Source: Paramoeba atlantica (Eukaryota > Protista > Discosea). Taken from it: a stretch of 64,000 bases of DNA. Position numbers and translations under genes: made by a program. The stretch is taken from NCBI GenBank assembly GCA_977017575.1, contig CDRNVI010000063.1, positions 310,001 through 374,000 of the forward strand, read 5' to 3'. The notes under the pieces are model-generated. The model did no database searches and had not been told where the DNA came from. It worked only from the letters and a program-made list of their open reading frames with translations. This document shows positions 1-11,438 of the stretch, piece after piece (within the stretch, counting starts at the first letter, position 1; each line of letters begins with the position of its first letter).

Positions 1-3000
1 TATAAAAGGATTTTCTATAGACGCAAATATGCAAAATTTCCTGTTGGAGTTTCTTGAATCATACTTATTCTGAAATATTTAAGAAACTACGACTTGAATT
101 GAATATAAGCTTAGTACTAACGAACAGAACTGTATTACGTTATTGTGTTATTCTCAAAGTAGAAACTGTTCCCAACAGCGAAATTTTGGCGTCTACTTCA
201 TTTAGCACATCCTTTTGGTATCTATATTTTCTTCTTCGCTCGGCATGTAACTCGGACGCTATGGAAAAAGATATTTTATTTATAAAAGGATTTTCTATAG
301 ACGCAAATAAGCAAAATCTCCTTTTGGAGTTTCTTGAATCACACTTATTCTGAAATATTTAAGAAACTACGACTTGAATTGAATATAAGCTTAGTACTAA
401 CGAACAGAAATGTATTACGTTATTGTGTTATTCTCAAAGTAGAAACTGTTCCCAACAGTGAAATTTTGGCGTCTACCTCATTTAGCACATCCTTTTGGTA
501 TCTATATTTTCTTCTTCGCTCGGCATGTAACTCGGACGCTATGGAAAAAGATATTTTATTTATAAAAGGATTTTCTATAGACGCAAATATGCAAAATTTC
601 CTGTTGGAGTTTCTTGAATCATACTTATTCTGAAATATTTAAGAAACTAGGACTTGAATTGAATATAAGCTTAGTACTAACGAACAGAACTGTATTACGT
701 TATTGTGTTATTCTCAAAGTAGAAACTGTTCCCAACAGTGAAATTTTGGCGTCTACCTCATTTAGCACATCCTTTTGGTATCTATATTTTCTTCTTCGCT
801 CGGCATGTAACTCGGACGCTATGGAAAAAGATATTTTATTTATAAAAGGATTTTCTATAGACGCAAATATGCAAAATTTCCTGTTGGAGTTTCTTGAATC
901 ATACTTATTCTGAAACATTTAAGAAACTACGACTTGAATTGAATATAAGCTTAGTACTAACGAACAGAACTGTATTACGTTATTGTGTTATTCTCAAAGT
1001 AGAAACTGTTCCCAACAGTGAAATTTTGGCGTCTACCTCATTTAGCACATCCTTTTGGTATCTATATTTTCTTCTTCGCTCGGCATGTAACTCGGACGCT
1101 ATGGAAAAAGATATTTTATTTATAAAAGGATTTTCTATAGACGCAAATATGCAAAATTTCCTGTTGGAGTTTCTTGAATCATACTTATTCTGAAATATTT
1201 AAGAAACTACGACTTGAATTGAATATAAGCTTAGTACTAACGAACAGAACTGTATTACGTTATTGTGTTATTCTCAAAGTAGAAACTGTTCCCAACAGTG
1301 AAATTTTGGCGTCTACCTCATTTAGCACATCCTTTTGGTATCTATATTTTCTTCTTCGCTCGGCATGTAACTCGGACGCTATGGAAAAAGATATTTTATT
1401 TATAAAAGGATTTTCTATAGACGCAAATATGCAAAATTTCCTGTTGGAGTTTCTTGAATCATACTTATTCTGAAATATTTAAGAAACTACGACTTGAATT
1501 GAATATAAGCTTAGTACTAACGAACAGAACTGTATTACGTTATTGTGTTATTCTCAAAGTAGAAACTGTTCCCAACAGTGAAATTTTGGCGTCTACCTCA
1601 TTTAGCACATCCTTTTGGTATCTATATTTTCTTCTTCGCTCGGCATGTAACTCGGACGCTATGGAAAAAGATATTTTATTTATAAAAGGATTTTCTATAG
1701 ACGCAAATATGCAAAATTTCCTGTTGGAGTTTCTTGAATCATACTTATTCTGAAATATTTAAGAAACTACGACTTGAATTGAATATAAGCTTAGTACTAA
1801 CGAACAGAACTGTATTACGTTATTGTGTTATTCTCAAAGTAGAAACTGTTCCCAACAGTGAAATTTTGGCGTCTACCTCATTTAGCACATCCTTTTGGTA
1901 TCTATATTTTCTTCTTCGCTCGGCATGTAACTCAGACGCTATGGAAAAAGATATTTTATTTATAAAAGGATTTTCTATAGACGCAAATAAGCAAAATTTC
2001 CTGTTGGAGTTTCTTGAATCACACTTATTCTGAAATATTTAAGAAACTACGACTTGAATTGAATATAAGCTTAGTACTAACGAACAGAACTGTATTACGT
2101 TATTGTGTTATTCTCAAAGTAGAAACTGTTCCCAACAGTGAAATTTTGGCGTCTACCTCATTTAGCACATCCTTTTGGTATCTATATTTTCTTCTTCGCT
2201 CGGCATGTAACTCGGACGCTATGGAAAAAGATATTTTATTTATAAAAGGATTTTCTATAGACGCAAATATGCAAAATTTCCTGTTGGAGTTTCTTGAATC
2301 ATACTTATTCTGAAATATTTAAGAAACTACGACTTGAATTGAATATAAGCTTAGTACTAACGAACAGAACTGTATTACGTTATTGTGTTATTCTCAAAGT
2401 AGAAACTGTTCCCAACAGTGAAATTTTGGCGTCTACCTCATTTAGCACATCCTTTTGGTATCTATATTTTCTTCTTCGCTCGGCATGTAACTCGGACGCT
2501 ATGGAAAAAGATATTTTATTTATAAAAGGATTTTCTATAGACGCAAATATGCAAAATTTCCTGTTGGAGTTTCTTGAATCATACTTATTCTGAAATATTT
2601 AAGAAACTACGACTTGAATTGAATATAAGCTTAGTACTAACGAACAGAACTGTATTACGTTATTGTGTTATTCTCAAAGTAGAAACTGTTCCCAACAGTG
2701 AAATTTTGGCGTCTACTTCATTTAGCACATCCTTTTGGTATCTATATTTTCTTCTTCGCTCGGCATGTAACTCAGACGCTATGGAAAAAGATATTTTATT
2801 TATAAAAGGATTTTCTATAGACGCAAATAAGCAAAATCTCCTTTTGGAGTTTCTTGAATCATACTTATTCTGAAATATTTAAGAAACTACGACTTGAATT
2901 GAATATAAGCTTAGTACTAACGAACAGAACTGTATTACGTTATTGTGTTATTCTCAAAGTAGAAACTGTTCCCAACAGTGAAATTTTGGCGTCTACTTCA

Positions 3001-3629
3001 TTTAGCACATCCTTTTGGTATCTATATTTTCTTCTTCGCTCGGCATGTAACTCAGACGCTATGGAAAAAGATATTTTATTTATAAAAGGATTTTCTATAG
3101 ACGCAAATAAGCAAAATCTCCTGTTGGAGTTTCTTGAATCACACTTATTCTGAAATATTTAAGAAACTACGACTTGAATTGAATATAAGCTTAGTACTAA
3201 CGAACAGAACTGTATTACGTTATTGTGTTATTCTCAAAGTAGAAACTGTTCCCAACAGTGAAATTTTGGCGTCTACCTCATTTAGCACATCCTTTTGGTA
3301 TCTATATTTTCTTCTTCGCTCGGCATGTAACTCGGACGCTATGGAAAAAGATATTTTATTTATAAAAGGATTTTCTATAGACGCAAATATGCAAAATTTC
3401 CTGTTGGAGTTTCTTGAATCATACTTATTCTGAAATATTTAAGAAACTAGGACTTGAATTGAATATAAGCTTAGTACTAACGAACAGAACTGTATTACGT
3501 TATTGTGTTATTCTCAAAGTAGAAACTGTTCCCAACAGTGAAATTTTGGCGTCTACCTCATTTAGCACATCCTTTTGGTATCTATATTTTCTTCTTCGCT
3601 CGGCATGTAACTCAGACGCTATGGAAAAA
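1..3629. repeat. 280-bp tandem satellite, about 13 copies (continues off the left edge)
   Basis: Identical ORF calls recur every 280 bp (54, 334, 614 ... 3414); monomers differ by only a few SNPs; the array stops abruptly after ATGGAAAAA at 3629. Confidence 0.98.
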
Positions 3630-5128
3630 TCAAGGAATTAGTATTTTCTAAAGCCAAGGAATATTTATTATACATGTATACTTAGAGGGATGGAGCGTGA
3701 AAAAATGTCAGTTGGACGAAGACGGGCGCACACTTTGTTGCTAAGCCATTCCAATGTATAAAATAAGCGGTGGAATTGAACGAAGATTGCACATTTTTTC
3801 AAAAAATACGATTTTTTTTATATATTTTTTTCGTTTCTGTTTCTTGCTAAATACATAGATTAGAGTCTTTGCTAGTATTTTTGACTTTTTTACGCTCTCA
3901 GCTACTGGTGAAATCATGATGAATGATTTGGATGATGCGTTTTGCTGCGGATGCCATGAGATGAACTGTTCTATACGTTTTCCGTTAAGTGAGGTGGGGC
4001 AATGGGATGACTTGAAGTGCCTTCACTGGCTTAAAGGGCACCATCTTGTAGCCCAACTTGTGAAGTGTGAGCGAGGCCACTCATTAACGACATGTGTTGT
4101 TCAGAATGGTCAGTGGCAGTGCCCCGTACGTACTTGTCGGGCCCGTTATTCCTTGGAATCCCCCCTTCTTCCTTCCAAGTCTAAGATCACATCAAAGCAA
4201 CTAGTCATCGCATTGATGTGCTACTCGCGTTCAATGTAGGGGAAGCACATGGCCGAAGAATGCTTGTTTTCTGAGAGGACAGCGTGCAAATTCCGACAGA
4301 CTATGGACCGCATCACTGCATGGGACCATCAATATCGACGCCTGGAGGCGAACGGTAAGATTGACTACATACAGGTTGATGAGACTTTTTTCCCCAAGAT
4401 TAAAGTCGGAGGCCCGAATCGAAACCGGAGAGTGCGTCAGGCCGGTAGCGAGGTTGCTTAAACCTTGTGTGACACAACAAGGGGCGGAAAACTTCGTGAA
4501 ATCTATGTGACACCGGTGCCAGACAAAAAAGGCTCAACTCTGGTATCCCTCGTTGAGGAAATGGCTCGCGGGCCCCGTACAAGGATATGGACAGACGGGG
4601 CGACGCACAACGCTCCTGGATTCGACGGCAAGTACCGTTGGAGTGAAGTTATTCACCGAAATGAATGGATAACTGAAGAGGGGGTGCACACTAATACTGT
4701 TGAGGGGGCGAATTCGATGCTAAAGAAAAGGTTAGTGTGTGAGGGGGGTAGTTTGGGTAGGTCAGAGTCTTCAAGAAAGGCACGACTCCGAGCCATAACT
4801 GAGAAGTGTAATGGTTCCTTACGGGTTCCAGAACAAAGCCCGTTGGTACGAGTTTTGTTGGATGTGGCGTTGTTTTGTGCGGAAATAGTCTTATGTTCGT
4901 AGTTTTGATTTTCTTTGGAATTCGTTGATTTTTAGTTACTTTTAGGATTTTTTTTGAAAAGTGTGCAAACTTCGTTCAATCTGACCAAATAAGCATTCAA
5001 AATTTAATAATATTGAATAATCATTCAAAATTTCGGCGTAGGAGAATCGGACGAAAAGTGTAGGAGAAACTGAAGAAATTTTCGGTTTAAAAAAATCAGA
5101 TTTTTTTCAATATTTCAATTCCTTGATT
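3628..5128 (+). mobile_element. Merlin (IS1016/IS1595-like) DNA transposon, decayed
   Basis: Transposase relic 3916-4902; inner inverted repeat of about 32 bp (3775-3806 ATTGAACGAAGATTGCACATTTTTTCAAAAAA versus 4948-4980); outer 12-bp inverted repeat AATCAAGGAATT at 3628-3639 and 5117-5128. No TSD found, so the ends are uncertain. Confidence 0.8.
3916..4902 (+). pseudogene. Merlin/ISXO2-like DDE transposase with two in-frame stops
   Basis: ORFs 3916-4239, 4249-4461 and 4465-4902 share one frame; motifs IQVDET, IWTDG, VIH...HTNTVEG and an N-terminal Cys/His zinc-ribbon-like region; TAG at 4237 and TAA at 4459. Confidence 0.88.
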
Positions 5129-5299
5129 GTAGAAAATACTTCTCCAGAGATTTTATTTGTGTTCTCTCGAGTTCGCTATTCTTTTCGTCATTTTTAGTAA
5201 TTTAGTCTATCTTTCCATGCCTTGAAGGGAGTGTGTTGGGTTTTCTTGTCGGCAAAAGCTAACGATAAGTAATATTTCAACTTGGACTGAAAAGCAGTG

Positions 5300-5790
5300 C
5301 GTGGAGTGGCTACAAAACCGTAAGTTGGTGGCGCAAAAGGTCGTATGTTGCAAACAAAATCACACGAGTGACCACACTATGGAAATCAAGGTGAAAAATG
5401 ATGGGCAGGGCGCAGCGAAGCGCTAAACAAACATTGGAGTACATAGTACCTTACGTTCGGGGAAATAGACGTGAGGGGTCTGTTGTAGAGAGGGAGCTCA
5501 GTGAGAAAATTATTGTATCACTACGTCAGTGGATTGATTCATGGCAACTTGTCATGTCCGTCGACGTGCCCGACAAAGAGGGAACGTCCACTCGATGCAG
5601 TGTGACGAATCGCTTTTCTCGGTTTGGAAATGTCACCGATATGTGTGCGTGTTCTGCTAACCTACAAGTACTAAGCTTCTCTGTAGAGTGTTGGGAAGAG
5701 TTGAGCTGTCATCGGGTGAAGTGGACACTGAAGATAGACCATAGCCCTGCTTTCTTACACGATATCCCCTTCCATTCACAGGTTGGAGTG
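5300..5790 (-). pseudogene. Degenerate LRR-family gene
   Basis: Minus strand reads DLSTPTCEWKGISC, matching the cap motif of the intact LRRs (TPVCEWDRVTC; QGCQWKGVLC), then LSGT-type repeat fragments broken by stops. Confidence 0.5.
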
Positions 5791-6305
5791 CTTAAATCCG
5801 ACAAGCGGATCTTTTCCTGCGAAAAATACTAATTAATAGCAAGTCCATGTCCTTGCTCACCTCAACAAAATTGTGTCATGAGGAGCGTAAACAAAGCATC
5901 AGGAAAATGTATTAAACGAAGTAGAGATAAAACCTTTTTCCCAACTTGTCTAAGCCTGCCATATGAAAGCTCTACAATACAATTACACCACTGTGCACCG
6001 TAACCGTAGCGGGGCACACTACTGGTGATAATATAGTAATAATGTAAGACAATGTACATTTATTAGAAGAAACCAACCTCCAAACACTTAATCGGAGTAG
6101 TATACACATAAGTCACAAAAGTACGATAAAGTTTTTCCTATAGAAGTCCCTTTTAGGTCAACAAACGAAGGACTCTGGAAATTACATTCAAGGTGAACGA
6201 TCTCTGAAATATTAATTAACCTTTAAGGAACGTTAGTCAACGAAAAAAAGAAATAAATACGCCAACTAGTTCTGGAACTAATCGTCCCTTCCATTTCGCA
6301 AAACG

Positions 6306-7892
6306 TTACGAAGAAATCTCGATGCCTTTCTTTTCTCGGCCATTCCCTCCCAATATTCGCTCACTATGCCGAATCCTTTCCATGGCCTTTGATTCCGCGT
6401 GTTCCCACCGTACGCGTTGGAAGAACACAACATAACCTAATGCACCGCCAATGAGACCTAACACTGGGCCAAGCCATAAGCCACGAAACCTCATCCCTAG
6501 CTTGAAGGCAAACACCCACCCGAGAGGCACACCAATAGCATAAGCAGCAAACAGAAAATAAAATCCGTACTTTGGGTAACCCATTCCTTTCACGATTCCG
6601 TTGCATACGCAAAGGATGGAGTCAAGAATGTGAAAAACAATCAGCAACGGCATTACTTCACGATACAAACGCAAGAGTTCAGGATCACCATTAAAGAATC
6701 CGGGTACAACGTCCTGAGTAAACCACAATACAACAATATCGACAGTTGCTACGCCAGCCATAAGAATTGAAGTTGCTAATGCAGCTCGTCGCGCTTTTGG
6801 AATATTGCGGGCACCGAGAGCATTGCCGACCGTAATACTGACCGCGACGTTAAGTCCAAGGGGAAGCATATACAGAAGGGATAACACCTGCATACAAATA
6901 GACATGGTATCAAGTGTTTCCACACCGAGACGTCCGGAAGCTAATCCATTAAGTTCAAAGACTCCCCACTCAAGGAAGAGCATTAGGGCACTTGGAATGC
7001 CCAGTAACAAGAATTGTTTCCAATCCTTAAATGCCGCGAAACTGAATCCGTGCCATAATCCTCGATGCAGACTACCTCGTAAAGCAATGTAGCCCACCGT
7101 AAAAATCACCATGCCTAGGAAAAACATTGTGATTGTTAACGGACATCCTGCGATTCCTTGTTCTTGTATCAGACCATAAAACATAAAAGGACTCAGGCCC
7201 GTGAGCAAAATGGACACAAGAACTACGGCGGTCAAATTGTGCACACACATCAGAAACTTTCTCAGCACTTCATAGAAGATGCAAAGTGGAAGATTTGCCA
7301 GGTTGTACAGGATGTACGTACCAGCCATAGCGGCAACTTCTGGCTTCTGTCCTGTCAAACGCAACACTGGATCTGCAAAAACCCAAACTGCTGTTATTGG
7401 AATAGTAAGGAGGAGTAGAATCAGGATTGCACGCTGCACATACAACATGATGAGGGGACTCTTTGGGTCTGCCCCATGGGCTTGAAACAGTAGTGTATCT
7501 AACGCATTGGCCATGCCGAATATAACAGAAAATCCGAAACAGTTACAATACATGATACCCATGCTAGCCCCGGCCAATGCCTCTACACCAAGCATTGTTC
7601 CTGCGTAACGGAGTGCGATTTGAAAAACTGCAAGTTGGCTGAAATAGCTGATGCATATGGGAAGCGCAATGTACAATAAATTCCAGGCTGTGCGCCATAA
7701 GGATTCAGGCGCGGGCGGAGGAACGCTGATTTCTTCTTCTGGCACTTTTTTTAGTGCCTCCGCCGATACTTCTGAAATCGAAGCTGGTGGAGCTTCTGGT
7801 TTGCTAAAAGAAAATATTGGACTTCCTACACTCATGAGTTCTAATTCATGAGGGAGGCTACCACATGTGAAAAACTCGTGTCCTGCACTCAT
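6306..7892 (-). CDS. MATE (multidrug and toxin extrusion) transporter, paralog A
   Basis: Multi-TM protein with GMANALDTLLFQAHGA and FLLLGIPSALML motifs; start placed at MSAGHEF by homology with paralog B (about 528 aa). Confidence 0.95.
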   Translation of the reverse strand: MSAGHEFFTCGSLPHELELMSVGSPIFSFSKPEAPPASISEVSAEALKKVPEEEISVPPPAPESLWRTAWNLLYIALPICISYFSQLAVFQIALRYAGTMLGVEALAGASMGIMYCNCFGFSVIFGMANALDTLLFQAHGADPKSPLIMLYVQRAILILLLLTIPITAVWVFADPVLRLTGQKPEVAAMAGTYILYNLANLPLCIFYEVLRKFLMCVHNLTAVVLVSILLTGLSPFMFYGLIQEQGIAGCPLTITMFFLGMVIFTVGYIALRGSLHRGLWHGFSFAAFKDWKQFLLLGIPSALMLFLEWGVFELNGLASGRLGVETLDTMSICMQVLSLLYMLPLGLNVAVSITVGNALGARNIPKARRAALATSILMAGVATVDIVVLWFTQDVVPGFFNGDPELLRLYREVMPLLIVFHILDSILCVCNGIVKGMGYPKYGFYFLFAAYAIGVPLGWVFAFKLGMRFRGLWLGPVLGLIGGALGYVVFFQRVRWEHAESKAMERIRHSERILGGNGREKKGIEISS

Positions 7893-8489
7893 GTCGTGAG
7901 AATTTCTTAGAATACGAAGTAATACTGAACAAGAAAATGAAAGAGTGGTGCTATAAAAAGAAGCTATAAAATTCATTACTATGACCCTCTTTAATATGCA
8001 TACGTTTTTGGGATTTGTGCATACAAATTGTATTAACAAATTGTAGGGGGAAAAGAAAAAAGTGTGAAATGTGATGCCCCCTTTAAAAAAATCAGAAAAA
8101 AAATCAGGTGCCGCGAAGCTCTGTCAAAAGTCGGGACCATTAAAATAGTCGGGACCCTAGATCCCGCAATGCGTGGAAAAGGAAAAAAAGAAAGTTTGAG
8201 CATTCTTTTGCTTATATAGGCCAACATAGAAAATCATATGCGCATCTGGACAGTATCCGCATATTTTCCTTACCTTGCATTTCAGCTATATAACTGTATA
8301 GTTTTGAGGGACGTCTGGTACATCAATGGTATACACTTCTAACTCGCTCTAACCTTGGACTCTAGAATCTCTGAAATATAGCGGGAAATGCTAGTCAAAG
8401 CAAGATTCTTCTCTTTCTGTACATGTTGATCTCAACATTTTTTACTCCTGCGCACTCACAGTGACTTCTCATTAATTTAAACATCGGGC

Positions 8490-8630
8490 ATAAAATGTGG
8501 ACACCGGACGCTGGAATGCAACCACTGCCAGACGTCCTTTGCCCCACGAGCGAAACAGACATCCTTATGTTATAAGTGTCATCGACTTGGCCTTGTTGGC
8601 GCGAACTGCCCGAATAATGAAACTTCAAAT
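8490..8630 (+). pseudogene. gag-like zinc-knuckle remnant
   Basis: One plus frame reads KCGHRTLEC ... CYKCHRLGLVGANC (CX2CX4HX4C spacing with H replaced by L). Confidence 0.4.
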
Positions 8631-8997
8631 TTTTCCTCTAATTCGGTTTTTCGGTCAGGGCGTCAGCCGTCTCATAGATATCATCCGTCTCACGTCGGAT
8701 AATGGGGTATCTTGGGTATATTGATCCATGCGTAGCTACATTTAATAGTGGCATTTTAAAGGATTACTCATTTGTCTCCCCCAATAGTGATTCACAGTCC
8801 GTTCAGAACACAGAGGAACCGATCAAAAATTCTTTTGAGAACGGAGCAAAAGGTTGCAAACGCCAGTTCAAGCAAGAAGCTAAATTCTTTTGGGTTTACA
8901 GTCTCTCGTCCTACAGTCTCTAGACCAGAAAAAGATGAATAAATTGAGGCGCGCTATCGCCAATAAAGTATTCACAAGATTAATACTTATTTATCTA

Positions 8998-9139
8998 CAC
9001 GTGAGGGGCTGCGGGTAAGATCTCTCGTGATCTCGCGTGATCTCGTTTTGAGGTCGTCCAACCACTCTACCGAGCCAAATTCGCTCTCGAGAGATCTCAC
9101 GTGATCTGGTATTGGGCCTCACCCGCAGCCCCTCACGTG
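8998..9139. mobile_element. MITE with 19-bp TIR CACGTGAGGGGCTGCGGGT, flanked by TA
   Basis: Perfect TIRs, TA on both sides, internal GATCTC(G/T)CGT repeats; half-sites of the same TIR at about 51148-51164 and 53413-53427. Confidence 0.85.
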
Positions 9140-9146
9140 TATCATA

Positions 9147-9435
9147 ATTGCGGTGGTTGTATAACTACCGCTCTACCCTCGATTATTAAAAAAAAGTGAA
9201 GAAAAACAGTGAAAATATAAAGAGAAACAAGATAATACAATAGAAGAAAAAAATATAAAAGGGGGCTCCGGTGGTCCAAAACTCCATGGGGGGGGGGCAT
9301 ACGTCGCGATTTTGTTTCGAATTTTTTGCTTTTCAAAATCGAGCGCAGGGAAGTGTTAGAGTATGCCGCGGCGATAATTTCCCCCCCCCCACCTGGGGGT
9401 ACCCCCCTGGTACGCGCACGAGGGATCCGACAAGG
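9147..9435 (+). mobile_element. Hairpin-ended repeat family, partial copy
   Basis: Starts ATTGCGGTGGTTGTATAACTACCGCTCTACCCTCGATTATT; shares AAAGGGGGCTCCGGTGGTCC and CGAGCGCAGGGAAGTGTTAGAGTATGCCGCGGCGAT blocks with other copies. Confidence 0.9.
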
Positions 9436-9894
9436 GTGAGTCTGTAGTTAGTATCTGTAGATATGTGCGGGTTTCTGTGAATGTGGGCTGCTGTGATTCG
9501 CTGTGAGTAGCTGTGAGTATTTTTTTTTCGTCGGAAGACCCCGAAAGACTGGAAGAGGCACTTCAAAAGATTGGTGATGCTTAATGGCTTAGGGGATAGT
9601 AAACCGACTACGGGGAGTTGCATAAATGATTGTAATTATATAAGAAAAAACTTTTTGATGACCAGAAGTAATTAGGATTTATGCGAATCTATGACTAAAT
9701 TCATTGATTTTCTATTAAATAAATTTGTACTCCAAAAAGGTATTGTCGTATCGTACCATTTTCCTATTTAAAACATTCCTATTAAAACGGTAATCTTGGC
9801 AAGTAAGCATGATCGATAAACAAAAGCTACTGAGTATTGTTTTCATCTTCTAAATTGCTGATTTGAATTTCCGCGTTCCTTTTCCGAGAAAAGG

Positions 9895-10004
9895 ATATAT
9901 TTTTTCTTTTTTAGGCTCTTCGTTAAATGCGGTGGTAGTTTTTAACGCGAAGCGCGCAGCATGAGTGACTTCTAAGCTGAAAACAACCACCGCGTTTAAC
10001 GAAG
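9895..10004 (+). repeat. About 110-bp self-palindromic module (left arm of an inverted pair)
   Basis: CTTCGTTAAATGCGGTGGT...ACCACCGCGTTTAACGAAG; reverse complement of 10644-10750; a shortened third copy lies at about 39958-40040. Confidence 0.88.
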
Positions 10005-10020
10005 CCACTAAAAAATAACT

Positions 10021-10640
10021 TTATTGCGGTGGTTGTATAACTACCGCTCTACCCTCGATTATTGCAAAAAAGGTGAACAAAAAAAGTGATAATATACACT
10101 ACATAAAGAGGTAAACAGTAGTATAATAATAGAAAAATATATAAAAGGGGTTCCGGTGGTCTAAAAATTTTCAAAAAAAATCGGACCCTTGGGGGGTCCA
10201 TGGGGGGGGCATGGGGGGGCATACCGCACGAATTTGATTCGAAAAAATTATTTTTCGAATAAAATGCGCAGAAGCGGTAGCCGGGGGCTTGGCGCGTATT
10301 TTCCACCCACCTACCCGGGGGTTGAAAAAAAATTCAATTTGACGAAAAAAATGAAAAAAAAAACTATTTTTCCAAAATCGTTTCCCTTATTGTATTTTGA
10401 GAGTTCGGGACGTATACTAGCTTTCTGCGCCGTTGTTTTCGAAAGATAACCCATCTATGAGCCGTGGTGCGCTTGCCAGAATGGCCCTTTTTGGACCAAA
10501 AAAAGCCAAAAAGTATTTTTCGTACCCAAAGGGGTCTTTTTGTGTCGGAAGAATGGTGTGGTTGGATTCGCATTATATACCCAATACGTTTGGTAGCTTT
10601 AAATTCATGCCTACGAGTCATTTCCCACACGCAAATTTAT
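10021..10640 (+). mobile_element. Hairpin-ended repeat family, long copy
   Basis: Same terminal hairpin; alignable over about 600 bp to the reverse complement of 38450-39117. Confidence 0.9.
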
Positions 10641-10643
10641 GCT

Positions 10644-10750
10644 CTTCATTAAACGCGGTGGTTGTTTTCAACTTAGAAGTCACTCATGCCGCGCTTCGCG
10701 TTGAAAACTATCACCGCGTTTAACGAAGAGCCTAAAAAGGAAAATATATT
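10644..10750 (-). repeat. About 110-bp self-palindromic module (right arm of the inverted pair)
   Basis: Reverse complement of 9895-10004 with few mismatches. Confidence 0.88.
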
Positions 10751-10979
10751 TCTGGGTTTTTTTCCATGCTTTATTCGATGCGCCTAACAACAACAATCGC
10801 TGGAATAGAGAGAAGAACAGCTTCTAGGTTCATCTCTGAAGACTAGAAGCTAACTTCTTGGCTCGTCTTCAGAGTGTAGATGAAGTAAGCAAGGGGATCT
10901 AGGTCCTTCCAGCGCGTAATACTGAGGAAATATTCGGCGTGTAGTCCTTTCTATAATATTCATCTATAATAATCATTCC

Positions 10980-11438
10980 ATGTCTGATTCCGAAATGATC
11001 TCAACCGTATTAAACTCCTTGGAAAGCGAGTACAAGGTCATTGAGAGGTACGCAATGCTGAAAATAGTGGAGAAGAAGAAGTGGGTCCCTCTATTTCAGG
11101 CTTCGCACGAAGGTTGGCTCAGCCAAGGTGACTTCATCCCGGCTATGCTGAAAGCAGTGGGAGAGAACGTGCACGAAGCTCAAAAGCTGGAAGTTGTCCG
11201 GCTAATTGAGGAGAAGCGATACGAGGATAAGAAAAATTCTGGAAAGCTGGTTCTTGAAATCGCGAAGCACTATATCGCTAACAAAAGGGAAGATGTGGGA
11301 GCCGCAAGAGGAGAAAGTCAAAGATTCCGGTCTCCAGGAAAAGGAAGGAATGCTTTCTTCTCTTATATGCACCTTAATGCCATTTCTATCCGAGACGTTC
11401 GTGAACTCAATAACCCCCCGCCGAAAAATAGTAACTAA
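10980..11438 (+). CDS. Orphan ORF, 152 aa, opposite to the gene cluster
   Basis: ATG-initiated, charged helical protein-like composition, no recognisable motif. Confidence 0.45.
   Translation: MSDSEMISTVLNSLESEYKVIERYAMLKIVEKKKWVPLFQASHEGWLSQGDFIPAMLKAVGENVHEAQKLEVVRLIEEKRYEDKKNSGKLVLEIAKHYIANKREDVGAARGESQRFRSPGKGRNAFFSYMHLNAISIRDVRELNNPPPKNSN

Noticed and set aside
54-3641. Thirteen 99-aa ORFs
   Set aside because: Artefact of the 280-bp satellite; starts are non-ATG (TTG), there are no motifs, and the frame shifts with each monomer
4237-4461. TAA/TAG read-through as Gln (alternative genetic code)
   Set aside because: Host genes terminate with TAA and TAG and have no in-frame stops; simple nonsense mutations suffice
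9142-10723. Phe/Lys/Gly/Pro-rich ORFs inside the hairpin-ended family (also 38230-40984 and 59299-59559)
   Set aside because: Translations of homopolymer runs; frames are not conserved between copies
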